Positions 12,995 through 27,015 are shown, numbered from the whole stretch's first letter. The stretch: 63,872 bases of DNA, filler included, from Reclinomonas americana ATCC 50394 (GCA_048213135.1; 8 parts of 8 records of this genome joined end to end with filler, not necessarily neighbours in it); one strand, 5' to 3'. Notes: generated by a model from the letters alone, not told the origin. Made by a program: numbers and translations.

Positions 12995-14175
12995 TCAGTC
13001 GTGCTTTCGTGGCACCACATGCACCTGTGCGCGACGTAGAATATCCATGGTAAAACTGCCGGTTGTATGCAACACCGAGGCGAAGATCGCCAGCCCTACA
13101 TCGTGAATGCGTGTCAGCGGTGCGTCCTTGTAGCACATCTTCGAACCGCAACGCACCCAGCACCGAGTACACGGAGACAAACAACTTTCCACCGACAGTC
13201 ACCGGCACCACGTCGCCAAAGCCGATGGTGGCCAGCGTGGTCACCGCTGTGTGACCAACATGTAAGGCAGTGCAGCTCGCAGGATACGCAAACGGGAACG
13301 AACCAAAGTAGAAGGAGGTGTGAAGTGACCAGCCTTCGAGTAGAGCCATGCACACTGCACCCACTGTCGTATCCGCACCACGTGTGTGAGCGAAAGAGGA
13401 TAGACGATAGATCCACGTGTAATGCAACCAACCAGCTAACATGATCCCACAGGCCGCCAACAGGCCCCAACGCCCTCCACGCGCATCAATGGTCGGCGTG
13501 GTGACCTCCAGAACTCGATTGACAAGCACGGCATACACACCCCTGCACCATGTGAGCAACGCGCGGCAATCGACGATCATGAGAAGAGACGCAACATGCA
13601 CATGATTGCATACACCACAAAGCACCACTGCGTCCCCTCGCCGCCACATCAGCATCACCACCAACGAGGCAATCGACGCCGCCAGAAAACTCACCCTCGA
13701 GAAGGCATGCGTCGGCATCAAGTCACCAAAGCCGATCGTGGACAACTGCACCACCACTGTGAGATCACCAAAGATCGGCGAGTGCAAGACACACAAACCG
13801 ATGTGCACGAAAAGTAGAAAGCATCGACGGCCGACCACCCCTCCAGCGTCATAAACAGCAGCGTTCCAAAGCCGACGACCACCATCGAGGCAAGCATCAC
13901 TGCAATCAATCAATGCCACACATGCTCACACACTCGCGCAGAGGCGACCACTCACCACTAAGAGAGGTGACCGACGGCGCCGCCTCACCCGCCACTGCCG
14001 ACGATCCAGTCGAGGCGCCAACTGCAGGCGACACCTCGGCCAGTGGCGCAATGAGCCCGAGATCGCCTGCAGCAGAGGCAGCAGCAGCAGCAGTAGGCAC
14101 CACCGGCTGCGTCACCGCCACAAAGACACTACGCGAGGCGTCGCCTCCAGTGGCAGCAGCCCCCGTTGTCGCCAT
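12995..14175 (-). CDS. Two-pore-domain potassium channel (K2P/TPK-like)
   Basis: Two pore loops, 'EGWSAVDAFYFSCTS|LSTIGFGDLMP' and 'EGWSLHTSFYF|AVTTLATIGFGDVVP', each flanked by hydrophobic helices. Probable ATG at 14175, stop at 12995-12997. Confidence 0.88.
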
Positions 14176-14236
14176 GGATGCCGCGAAAAAAAAAGTAAAG
14201 TAAACGAAATTGAGACGCTTTCCGTCGCTACAAGAG
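14176..14236. promoter_or_regulatory. 61-bp divergent promoter region
   Basis: AT-rich spacer (CGCG-A9-GTAAAGTAAA) between head-to-head ATGs at 14175 (-) and 14237 (+). Confidence 0.5.
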
Positions 14237-17200
14237 ATGTCACGCGCTGCCAGTGCCGCGGCAGGTCCGTCGGCGACTGCGAGTGCGGCGGTGGGCGATG
14301 GTGAGGACAGCAATCGAGTGGTGTTGAAGGCAGAGAAGCTGGCGGCACGCAATCCCGTGGCCAAGGTCGACGACTTTTCCGAGGTGCTTTCGCTGCGTGC
14401 GCTGTCGGCGTCGCTGCTGCGGCCCGATGCCGACAAGCTCAAGAAGCTGTACATTTCGCTCAATGCGGAGGGCGACACCAAGACGTTGCGTCTGTCGCTG
14501 TGTGTGTGTGTGCATTGATGATGATGATTGATGGCAATTGGCGCGCGCGCAGGTTCCGTCTGCGATCACTCGACGGTCTCGCCAACTTGGTGAAGCGCAA
14601 GAATGCGTCGATCCGTGGCCTTGATGTGTCAGGCAAGTGACGCTTTCCCCTCCTCTCGCTCTTTGTGCATGCGTGGTCGACAGCTGAACGCTGTTGGCAG
14701 GCAATCCGCTGAGTGTGTTGACGCTGCCGCCGGAACAAGGGTTTCCCGGCAGCACCAAGAAGCGTGGCCTGGTGACGCTTCGGCATCTTGCTGCTCGTCG
14801 GTGCCAGCTGCACACGTTGGGCATCAAGTGGAGTTACCAGGCGCTGGTGGAGCTGGTGGAGCTCGACTTGTCGCACAACAATGTGAGTGGTGCTCCGCCC
14901 GCGTCGGGTTTGTGTTTCTCTCTGTGGGTGACCTCGGCGGCGCGCAGTTGGTGACATTGGATCTGCCGCGACTGCCTGCGTTGAAGAAACTGTTCGTGAG
15001 TCACAATCGGCTCGTGGCGCACGCCAGTCGTGGTGACCCGGATCAGCACATCTTCCGCACCATTGTCGACTCGTGCCCCGAGGTATACATCCTTTCTCTC
15101 TCTCTTGCTCTGTGCCTCGGTGTCTTTGTTACCGGTTGTGTGACCACTACGGCTGCAGTTGGTGGTCCTCGACGTCTCCGACAATCAGCTCAAGTACACG
15201 GACGCTCTCCGGATGGGTGTGGTGCGCAACACGCCCCACACGCCCTCTCTTCCTCTCTTTTCTATTCGCTCGTCTCATTCCACCGGTGCAGGAATTCACC
15301 ACGCTTCAATCGCTGCTGCAACTCACTGATGTGTGGATCAAGCGCAATCCGTTCACGCTCTTTGTCAACGACTACCGCAAGGCGGTGATCAAGTTCGTGC
15401 CGCATTTGAAGCGCGTCGATGGCGAGCCCATGACCCGCGCCTTCAAGGAGAATGTGATGCGCACCTACGAGCCGGCGTTCAGCCCCTCCGACGAGGCCGC
15501 CGCCGACATTCTCGCCGAACAGGACGTATCGACGGAGGCCATCCTGGAGCCAGACGTCGACGATCCGATCGAGGCATTGGCTGCCGAAGGTGTTTGCTCT
15601 CCAGCCTCTGGAAAGATACCGCCAGTCGACTCATTGTGTATTGCGTGCGCATGACAGAGGTGACGAGTCCTGGAGTGGAGCTGGTCACCGACAGTCGTCG
15701 GCAGCCTGTGGGTCATATGACCACGTTTCGCGACTACCAGTCGACGATTGACCTGCTGCAGTCGGGCGATGGGCACATTTCCGATCACGATCAGCACCTG
15801 CTGCTGGAGTCGTTGCAGCTGACGCTGCTGAATGTGCGCACCGTGGAGCAGTTCTTTGCGGATTTCGAGTGCGACTTTTCTGTCGCTGTTGTGGACCGTC
15901 TGTGGCGCTGCGTCACGGGGCACATGGATGTGGCGCGCAAACGACGCCGCCTGTCGCTGCTCTACTTGTTGTACCTGTCAGAGGACACTCGAGTTGCGCT
16001 GCTATCCTGTGGCGAGTTCCTCTATTTCATGTCGTCGTCACGCTCAATCTCGCCTGCTGCAGGCAAGCCGGCTTGCTCTCCGCAAAATCCTGGCCGCCAC
16101 CACGGAGAAAGCACTGCAGTCGGACACCACCGTCAACTTGCGTTCTCGTGTGGAGCTGCCCACTGGCGACGACCACTACTATGCGTTGACCGTGGCCGTC
16201 AACGTGCTCACTCGGGTGAGGACTGTCAACTCGTCGCTTTAAAGTTCCTGTGCTTTTTGTGCTCACTTGCTCGACGCAGAGTGCCAAGTTTCACTCGTGG
16301 CTGCACACTCAAGTCGGCGAAATCGGCGCTCAACCGACTGGCAACACAGTGAATCTGTTGGCGCTGCGTGCCGAGACGGCGGTTGCTGCGAGTGCCAAGG
16401 CCGGCAGCAAGAAGGGTAAGATCCGTCGCGAGGCAGAGATCGCCGAGCGCAATCTGAGAATGGCACTGGGCGAACACGTGAGTGATTTTGCTGAGAGGGC
16501 AAGCGGGCGCATGCTCGATGGGCAAGTATCTCACTGTGATGCTCGACGACACAGCTCATGCTCAATTACATTCACGAGCAGCAGCCGCGTGCCAAGGGTC
16601 GTATCCGCATCATTCGTGCGTCAACGCGCCGTTGCGATGTGCAACACTCTCGCATCGCGCTGCTCACCGATCTTTTTTTCGTGCACACAGTGTCTCGACT
16701 GGGAGAGGGAAAGCGAGCACGTGTTACGGCCAAATGGACTGGTCGGAGCATCGAGCGGTTCGGCAGTCGTGGCGAGACAGTGGTTCCATTGCCGGCCATC
16801 AACGTGACTCGCGAGTGCAACTTTGCTGGCGTCTTCGAGGGAACCAGCAGCTTGATTATCATGTGCGTTGTGCAGGCGCGTATGTGTGCACGCTTCTCTT
16901 TCCGTTTTCCTCACCATCACCGCAGTCCCACACACACGCAGGGAACACTGGAGGTTGAGGTTGACGGCTACCCGGTGTTCTCCTTCAATGTCACCAGTCC
17001 GTGGCGTCCAGTGGCCTCCTTCTACCCGCTGTTGGCACCGTTGAGCGGTCCTGGTATGCCGGCACCGGGCGATGCCGATGTCGATGGTGATCCGTGTGTT
17101 CGCGATTTTGGCATTCTTGTGGCCAGTCGGGAGCGTGCATCTGTGGCGCACAACCTGCAGTGCTATGTGGCCTACGAGGTTCGTGTGACCATACATGCGC

Positions 17201-20200
17201 GTGTGCTCTGAAGAAATGTTTCCTTGACCGCCCACACGCCTGTATGTGCGTAGCCCATGAACACTGTGCCGGAGCACCCCATCGACTACTTTGCGCGAGC
17301 CGTCACCACGCTTGCCGACCGACGGCCCATGGTTTTCCGCTCATTCTATCGTGACGTGCTACCCGTCACGGTCAGCATTGTGCAGTCGTTCCGCTGTTGC
17401 GTTGGAGGGATGAGGTCACGCTTGAGCGGCGTGTCGGAATGCGTCAGTCACAATGTGCCTGTGAGCAGTGTACCCGGCGGGCGTGCTGGAGCTACTGGTG
17501 CGGTCACTCGAGCATCCACGAGCGGGGCCTGTGTTGGCAGAGTCGCGCAAGCTGCCGCGTCGTATTCAACAGAATCGAGCCTTTACAGGGTGGGTAACCA
17601 ACATTTACCTGCATCTCTCGCGCACTGCACTCAATCTCGTACGGTCAGTGCCAACACGCGTCTCACCGACCACCGGCGCAATTTGTCCATGCGCTGCATG
17701 GGCCTGCTGTGCGAGCTCGACGCCGACACTCTGGCCTACTTTGTGCGCAAGGGCTACTACACGTTGCTCCGTGAGGAACTGCGTGAGGTGCGCTGTTCCC
17801 TTCTCTGTGTTAGAAGCATCGCCCTTGCGTGTGAGCTAACGACGTGCTGTCATGTAGCAACTGGCGGCACGCAACCGCTTCTTGGAAACCAATCGGTAGG
17901 TTTCCTTCTCCCTCTGTGACGCACCCGCCGTCTGTGGGATTTTGACTGTGTTTCGTCGTAGGGACGGCATGCTGGACCCGGAGAGCACTGAGATCATTGC
18001 AGCTCTCATCTCGTGCATCACGCACTTGACGCTGGATCGGAGCACGCTGGGCCGCGCCTTCCAAGACAACTATTGGCGCCACATTATTGCTGTTTCGGCT
18101 CACTCGTTTACTGCTTTTCTGATCTGTTTCTGCACGCTGACTGCTCCCCACCACAGCTGCTTCACGAAGACGAGCGGCACATCAACCCAGTGCTGGCACA
18201 GGAGGTTGTTGTTTCGGTGCGTGTATTCATGGAGCGCTCGCAGCGTGCCGGACGCACCACCGAGCGGCAGGCACTCATGCGTGAATCTGGCTCGTCGCTG
18301 GTTTCGCTGGTGCGAGTGTACTCGGCTCATTGGGACATGGTGCTGAAGCGCCTGATCACTAGTCGCGGCAAAGTCTCCGAACGCGATCGTTCGGCTCCCG
18401 ACGAGAGCTCCGGTCTGACCCTCCAGCAGGAGCCCGGCTCCACCTCGGCCGATGCGTCGCGACTCGACAGTGTGCTGGGTGCGTGTGTTGCGCGCGCGAG
18501 TGTGTGTCTCGCGCGTAACCTGTGTTATGTGTGTGCGCACAGAGTCCGTGGCCAGCGCCAATCGCGACTACATGAAGCTGGAGAAGACCAAGGATCCGGC
18601 AGACTTGGACGAGCTGACGGTGGAGTTTGCCAAGCTGCAGGCTGGCCCTGAAGAAGCACAAGTCGTCGTTGGCTTTCTCTTGCAGTTCTTGCAGTTGTTG
18701 GTTCGTTCTCCTTTTGTCGTGTGTCGACAGAAACAAGGGGGAGTGACTCTCGGTGCACAATGCAGCTTCACATCTTGCAAGCTTCGGTCGATGAGGACGA
18801 TCCAACACGGCGACTGGCAGTCAGTGTTGTCCGCGACTTGCAACTCGAGGCGCCGCGCTACGATACAGCCGCCACTTCTGCTGTCACTGCTCCTCGAAAC
18901 CGCGGCACCGCTCCGGTCCCCGGCACCGAGGTCACTCCGTTCAGCCTGTTGCAAGACTTCCTTCTCAAAGGCTTCCAGCTGTCGGAGCCGTGGGCATGCT
19001 ACTGCTTTGGAGCCATTCCGGGGCAGTTGCGTGCTGCAGCGAGGCCAACTCGCTTGCACCCAGTTGTCATGCTTACACGGATGATATTGCGTCGTCAGCT
19101 TGCTGGAGCTGAAGCAAGTCGAGGCACTCTGGCAGTGGCTGTCGGCCAAGGAAGTCATTGACTTGCTCCGCGGTCTGCCCATGTTGTTATACACCCACCA
19201 GAAGAGTGTTTTTTTGTGCAGTGACTGACCTGTCCGTCCACAGGCAACACCGAGTACATGGTGGTCGGTGCTCTTGCCGCATTCCAGCGTGGACTGCAGG
19301 GCAAGCGGGGCACGAGTTGCGTGACGCAGTATGCCTCCAAGAAGCGTGTCATGTCACTCAACTCATATCTATGCGTGTGTGTGCTATCAACAGGCGCCTA
19401 CTTGCAGAGCAACTTGTCGCAGATTGTGCGCACAGTGTTGGAGATTCTGCGTGTGAATGTCAACACGTCGCGCACGCGGGAGAGCGAGAAAGAGGAACAG
19501 CACGCACTCAGCACGGGTTGTGTGGCCTTCCTTCGCGCCGTTGAGCCATTCCATCCCGCCATCTCGACTCTCAGCTACATTGATGCGCGGCAGACCATGT
19601 TGCGTTGCACAACAACGCGAGAATTGCGGCGCGCACTGACTGTCAACCCTCGCAGGCGCACCATCTTGGAGCACGACCAGCGCGAGGAGCAGGAGGCGGA
19701 TACATTGCTGGCCGCTGGCGGCGGAGACTCCGCGCCGTCGGGCAACACCATTGTGCGGCGCGAGGTGCCGATCGAGTGCACCGTGATCGGCAAATCTGTG
19801 CAGGTCTTTGCTGTTGGAGAGCTTACCGGTGGAGGAGTTCCACTCATGTTGGCACACATTTGTTGCACAGCACTTGATGGAGTCGCTGAACGTGCTGCAG
19901 CGAGGCAGTCGCACGGAGGCTCGCGTCATGGCGCGTCTGGCTGAAGTACTGGAGGGCGACTTTTGTCAGGAGATGCGTTCGCAGCAAATGTGGACCATTC
20001 TGCAAGTGGGCGAACTGCGTTGCATGAAGCAGCTGAAAGGCGACGACGACTCGGTTCGTCCGCGTGTCTTTCTATTGCCTGGAGGATGTGGCTCATCAGG
20101 CGTACGCAGGAGTTTTATCGCGATCCGACCGCCGACGACGACAGCCGTGTCGCCGATCCCCAGTGGTGGACTTTGGCCGACATCTCGGCGGAACCCAGTT

Positions 20201-23200
20201 GCGTGTCGCACAGCTTTCGCACTCCTCTGTCTGTGCTGACCGACCGACCGTTTGCAGTCACCGAGCGTGATGCGCGACTCAAACAGCACGAAGACGTGTA
20301 CAACACGGGCGGACACGTGGAGGCCCTGAAAGTGTTGGGTGCCGAGGAACAGGCCAACGCATTCCTTGCGGCCGATGGTCGGCGAGCTGCTGCCGCGCTG
20401 GTGCCAGGGGGTGCTGCCGACTCGGAGAAGTCGTCGGACTTTGCAAACAAGAAGGACGTCTTGTTTTCGGCAGTTGTGTCATCCTTGCTGGTGCCAGCAG
20501 AATGGCCACTCTCGCCTAATTGTTCCACAGGTGCGACGTGAGGTGCGTCGCGTGGTGGAGACCACGCTGGAGCTCGGTCGCCGCGTGGCAGAACCGTCGA
20601 ACAAGCATCAAGCCAACGCGGGTCGTCGCGAGTACGCCGACACTTTCGAGGCGGCGTATCAGAGCCAGAGTGGTGGAGCAGGGCCTTCCAAGAGTGGCAG
20701 CAGTCGCGATCTCAGCAAGCATGTTGCGGCTCTCCACTCCCGCCCCTTCTTCGTCTCTGTCTACACACGCTCATATGTCATTTTTGCTGCGAAAGGTCTT
20801 CCGCGGGCAGCGAGAGGACGCTGCCATGTCGTCGCGGCGCGTCGAGGAGGATGTCGAAGATCGGGACGATGCCGATGAAGAGCCAGTTGAGTGGTGTTGT
20901 TCGTGCGTTGACCGGGTTCGATGCCTATGCTTACGTGCACAACAGCGAGCTGCACCGGGTTCGGCTCGCAAACTCGTCACCACCATGAACATGGAGGAGC
21001 TGGCGAAGAACAAGGTTGGGTTGGCGGCTGTGAACGATTGGACTGTATGTCGCTCACATGTCATTTGCAGATTCGCGACTACCACCAAGGCAAAGTGTCG
21101 TTTGCCGACGCCATGCGGTCCATTCGACACGGCCAGAACATCCTCATGGATCGCGGTGGTGGAGGTGGCTCGGGGTCGGGGGGACCAGATCTCACCCTGT
21201 TCGAGTTGCGTGCACTCTCACCCCTCCATGTCCACGCTCACGTGACGCTGACCGCGTCTCGTCGCGGCAGGCGCCTGCAAGATGTCCACGATCGAACACG
21301 GACGACCACGGCGGCGACACGGGGAGCTCGTGACCGCTCGGACGTGACGACGGCGTCGTACAGCTACGCCGAGACCTTCCGCAACAATCTGCGGTAAGTG
21401 CGCACTTCTTCTCCGCACTCACACGCTCAGTGTCTCACTGTCGCGTGATGACCAGGCGTCTGTTCCAGTCCATGGAGCGCATCAACGAAGAGGGCGGCGA
21501 TGTTGGTACGACGCTCAAGGCCAAGACGCCGGAGGAGGGCGAGGAACTGTTGCCGGTGCAAAACATTCGACACTGGCGCTACCTCGATCCGGTGACTGGC
21601 GAGGACCCGACGGATGCTCGCCGCACACTGGTTTGCGTTTTGATTCTCGTGCAGTGCTGTGAAGCCGCGACGGTGTGGACTCATGCGACCAACACAGGGC
21701 GCATCGATGGCGCTCAACGAGAGTCGAGACGTGCTGTGGCAGACGGCGGAGACCGCACTGCAGATCCACTACCGCATTCCCTACATGAAGCTGCCGGATT
21801 CCACGATCAAGACCTGTGAGTGTCGAACCCGGTCCACATGTGTGAGAATGTCATTGACTCCGTACTCCAGATTTCGCCGCATCGGCCTCGGTGCGCATGC
21901 TGGTGGCTCTGTTGCGATACGGACCGCCAGACGAACGCTCAGGAAATCCACATCGAGACTGCGAGCGCACCAACCGAGTTGCGTTCGCGTGTTGATCGGA
22001 TGCCTGTCGCTCACACTGACGCTTTTTGACACACATACAGGGCACGCTGCTGACTGAGCTGCGCCAGACGACATTCATTCGTACACTTGACAAGCTGGTG
22101 AAGGAGGGCGAGTACTTGTCTCAGGACATTGGACTCGGCGCCTTGCATCTGATTGGTGCGCTCCCGACTGCTTTGCTTGACGGGAAACAAAATATGTCAC
22201 TGCTGACAATGGACTGCACACATGCACAGAGGAGATTATTCGCATGCCGGCTCGGCAGTGCATTGTGCCGACGTCGAGTGTGGACTTGTTTGAGTCGGTC
22301 AAGAAGATGATGGAAAAATGCACGAGTTACCTCTCGCGTCGGCTGGATTCGGGCACTCCGTTGACGCGCCACGAGATGATTTTTGCACAGCAGGTGGGAT
22401 GTTGAGGGGTGAATGTGAATGTGTGTGTGTGCAAGGTTGTTGATGCTTCTCGTTGGCAGTGCTGTCGCGTTCTGGAGATCATCTGCACGCAGCTGCGGTA
22501 CATTGTGTTCTTCCGCGACCAGGAACTGGATCCCGCCGTCGATGGAGTGACTCGAGATGTTTGTGCCTTCACCTGGCGGCACGCGTTGTGCACTGTTGCT
22601 GATTCGTCGTCTCGCAGGCACTGCAAGATCTCTGCGTCGAGCGACTGCTGGTCCGACTGGTGCCACCAAAGATGCTGACGCTCATCGTACGGCTGTTGTT
22701 CTTCGCGAATAGCATCTCGGATAGCACACAAGTGGAGCTGCAACGGTGTGGATGATGAGACGCGTGTGTGTTGCCATGACAGTCACTCAATTGACCACGC
22801 GTGCTGCAGTCTCATGGAGGAGAAGTTGGCAGAGCGCGATGGACCGCACAGCAAGACAACGGTGGATCTCGAGGGCTTTGCCGCGTTTGACGCCGAGGGG
22901 CAGGAGATCCGCAGCACCGAGCAGAAGCAAGGTGACTCCGCGTGTGTGTGCTTGTATCTCGTGTTTATTTGTCACGCCAGTATGTACTCACTCGTTTGCA
23001 GAGATTCAGCGAAGACGACGCGTCTCGGTGTACAGTGAACTGCGCAAGTGCGATGTGGCCGACCGTATGGTCGAGTCGTGCACCTCGCTGCTGTCGTTGT
23101 ACATGGAACTGCACGAGCAGCTGACGCATTCGGTTCTGCTCAAGTTCATTCGCGTCGAGGTGAGTGACCCCTGTCGTGGGGGCAGCCACTTGCGGCATAC

Positions 23201-24805
23201 TGACAGCATTCTTTGTTTCTCGCTTTGGCAGGCCACGCAAGAGAAGCAGCTGCGCGAGTCTGCGTTGCAAGAGCTGCTGGACGCCGTGGAGGAGCACACA
23301 TACGGGAAGGCACTGGAGCGGTATCTGCGAGCCCACAACTTTGTGGAACGCGACGATCGCATCCTGCAGTACGTCGTCACACCGACGTACTGGCAAAAGA
23401 AGGTGAGTGCTGCTGTGCGCGCATTGAGCTGTGCGCAGAGTGACGCACCACTAACGAGTCGCGTGTGTTCACAGGACGATATTCTGATGGTGGTGGTGAC
23501 GACACGCAACCTGCTCCTGTTGAATCCGGTGCCGAAGAAGAAGCAGTGTGAAGTGTGCCCGCCGTCGGCGTTCTGTCCTCGTGGACCCACCATCTTCCGG
23601 TCAATCCCACGCATGGAGATCAAGGGCATTTGGTCGGGACTCAACAAGGCTCGATTCGGCGTACAACACAGTCGACTGGTCGACCGACACACTGGCAAAG
23701 AGGACCACGTGTGGTACCTGTTTGCTCCGTTCGACATTCGCCTGTCTCGTCGTATGCTCGACGCCCTGGTGGAGTTGGTGCCGGAGGCCACCATTTTTGA
23801 GGACACCTTGTCGCCACTTGTGCTGCGCCACGCCATTTACGATTTCCGTGCCAGCTGTGGCAAACTGGTCGATGGTAAGTCCTTCGGTGTCGGCCACCTC
23901 GTGTTATCGCAATGTTCTCACGCGCTGTGCTGGCGCGCAGAGTTGCGACCGCTGCCCGGTGCGCCGCTGTCACACATCGACATTGGCGTGTCGAAAGACA
24001 GTGGTGGTGACAAGCTGGCGGGCTTTGAGGACGAGGGCCCGAGCGAAGACGATGGCGACACGCAGTTCGACGACATGGATGCACTGCTGCATGAAGCTCT
24101 GGGGTGCGTACGTATGCACGATAACGTGTAGTGTTTGCTCTGCTAACGACGGTGACAGGAGCTTTGGGCGTACCACGGGTCTCAGTCCCGAGCGCCTCTT
24201 CTTCATGTGCCCCGTGCAGTTGGCTGTCGGCTCGGATACCTACGATCGGCTGCTGCTTGTCTCCGATCGAGGCGTGTACGTCATGTTTGAGAAGCTGGAG
24301 CCGTATGTGCGAGAAGTGGCGGGAGCGCACGACATGGTTCACGGAAGGGATGGAGTTCGCGGTCATGCTTCCGGTTCGCTCGTGTTTTTCACTTGTGCAC
24401 GAATGTCGAAAGGCATGCTGCATCTCACCAGCCGTGGCGCGCAGGTGTGCTGTCAGTGGAGGAGGAGGCGAGGCAGCGGGCGGAGCGCATCCGTAGCATT
24501 CTCAGGTCCTGCAAGGACGCCTACCGCATCGCCAGCTTGATCGAGCTGGATGAGATTCGCGAACTCCGCCGCGGCGACGGTGTGTACCCGAACATTGTGA
24601 TGAAACGAGTGTCGCCTCTGGCGCGCAACGAAGACGAATCGGAGACGGTTTGTGGTATCGATAGGTGTGTGCTTCTTTTTTGGGCGAAACTAAACGGTGT
24701 GCTGGTACGCAGCTCGCCTTCTACTTCCACTCGGACGCCACTTGCGAGGAGGGTTTCCGCGTGATGCGCTTTGTGGCATACTTGGGTGTGGACGACAAGG
24801 CGTGA
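14237..24805 (+). CDS. Very large multi-exon protein: N-terminal leucine-rich repeats with LRR cap, helical (ARM/HEAT-like) repeats and C-terminal PH-like domains
   Basis: LRR motifs 'IRGLDVS|GNPL', 'LVELDLSHNN|L', 'LKKLFVSHNRL', 'LVVLDVSDNQL' and the cap 'NPF...DYRKAVIKFVPHLKRVDG'. Exon chain is frame-consistent wherever I checked it and ends 'LAFYFHSDATCEEGFRVMRFVAYLGVDDKA*' (TGA 24803-24805). Confidence 0.72.
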
Positions 24806-24909
24806 ATGTAGTAATGAGAACAAGTGTTGCAATGTGGGTGTGTTGTACTTGGGGGGTGGTGAGGAGCACGCCTCCGCGCTACCATCACCTCTATCGGCAC
24901 ACTGCTTGC

Positions 24910-27015
24910 TTATTGGCCGTACGGCTGATCCGCCAGGAACTATGCGTGCGCACAAATTGAATAGTGAGGGGAAGAGAGGCGCGCGCACGGAGTCACAGAA
25001 TTGCTTGATGACGCACCCGAGTAATCATCACAAAGGCAGCCTGTGGCTGGTCGTGCGGCACCTGTGGCCAGGGACAAACAAAATGCAAGAGGCAGAGTCG
25101 GCAACAGACGCGTGATGAAAGCGAGCGACGGTTGACGCACCATGTGGCCGGCGCCCTCCACAGCCATGAATGTCAGCGGTCCGAACGTCTTGAACTGACC
25201 GGCCACCGAGCCGCCGACAGCAAACGGCTTGTACGCCGTCTTGGCAAAATCGGCGTTGCCGGACCACTGTGCGACACAACAAAACGAGTCAATAGACTGC
25301 ACTCTGTGGCGAGCGAATAAGAGGGTACGTACCTGGATGGTGTCGGCAGTGTCGCGGCCACCCTCCCAGTTGCAGATGAGGTCCAGCTTGCCTGCGTGCG
25401 ACGAGCAGCGTGTCAATGTCATAAAAACCCCACAAATGGTGATCAAACTCCACCAACCGTTGTAGATCAGCACGCGCAAGTTGTTCTTCAGCGCAAAGGC
25501 CACATCGGGGCGGAATGACTCGAGGCGGTCCGACGCCTTGAACAGCATGTTAACTGTGGTGTGCAGGAATGCGTGTGAGAGAGAGACCAAGATAGCTGGC
25601 GTTGGAGGAAAGGCAAGAGAACCAACAGACCCTCATCGTTGCAAGTAGACCAGCTGCGCTTGACGTTGAGAGCGGCCTGCACACCAGCCGAGTTCATGTA
25701 CGAGGTCTGGTTCTGGAAGTCTGCGTAAAAGGACACTGCGTGAGCTGCCGAGGTGACGCAACACGTCAACCGCAGCGTGCACGAAACTGTAGCACAGCGG
25801 CGGGTACGTGCACTTCTCGTGAATGTTGTACACATTCAGGTCGCCAGCAATCTGAAAGCACAACAGTGAGTGCGAAAAAGCAGAGAGCAAAGGGATGTGC
25901 GGGAGGACAACAACGACGACGTACGCGGCTCATGATAGTGCTGCACTCGGCATTGGCCAGATCCCACAGCTTGTCGTTGATGAGCGACTGGCAGTGGCGC
26001 GCCGTCGCGTTGAGGCGGTCGGCAGTCGACTGGTCAATCAAACCATTGTCCAGGCCGTCTGCAATGACGGTAGTCAGTAACGTGACGCACACACACACAC
26101 ACACGCTTGGTCAGTCACGGGACGAAACAGGGAACTGCAATGCGGGAGAGCGATGGAAGTGAGAAATCTGGAGAGCACATGCGCACGGGGGGCGGATTGA
26201 GAACGCAACTGTAGGCGGGGTACTGGAGGTAGGGCTGCGAAGAGGAAGAAAAGTATGGTGAGTGATCTATGGGGCACCGGCGGTGGTAGCAGCTGGAGAG
26301 TGGTACGCACATCAATCCAGCCGTTGCCGATGGCCAGACCTGTGACGATCATGAGCTGTGAGTGGAATAAAAACAAGGAGGAGAATGATGAAGATGAGTT
26401 GAGCGCACCCTGCAGGTTGATGCTGATGCCAGTCTTGGCGGCGTTGCCAAAGATGATGCTGTGATTCATGGCAGATGAGCAATATTCACACATACACAGC
26501 GAGCAGTCGCAGCAATGCAAGCGCACCGCTGGCCCACAGCCGGCACGTAGTGCTGTGGACAACATTTGAGGACTTGCATGAACCGAGAGACGACAACCAG
26601 GCAAAGGACGCAACTCCAGCGTACGACTCGCCAGTGAGGTAGAACGCGCGGTTCTGGTACTCGGGGAAGAGCTGCATGAAGCCCTGCAGGAAAGTGTACA
26701 TGTCTGCACACGAGAGAGCAGATTGAGTGCCGATCAACACTTTCGGGGGGGAGGAGAATAACAGCACCCTGCACTCACCATCGGCGACTCCGTCTTCGTC
26801 GCGCACATACTCGGAGCTCGCATAGCTTGCGTGGGAGAGCGGTCAGGACACAGAACCAACACACACAGACAGAGCAGAGCGGAGCACACCTGAAACCTGC
26901 GGAAAAACAAAAGAGTCGGTGAACAACAGGCATGCAAGCGGAACAATATATAGAATAGCACCATCGCGCCCTCACCAGTGTCCACAGGCTGGTCGATGAA
27001 CAGCAGGTTGGCGTT
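24910..27015 (-). CDS. Serine carboxypeptidase (peptidase S10), 5'-partial
   Basis: Spliced motifs 'NLLFIDQPVDTG|FS|Y', 'FYLTGESYAG|HYVP', 'INLQ|GLAIGNGWID|P', 'VLIYN|GKLDLICNWEG' and 'EGAGHM|VPHDQP'. The catalytic Ser/Asp/His are intact. Stop TAA at 24910-24912. Confidence 0.95.
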
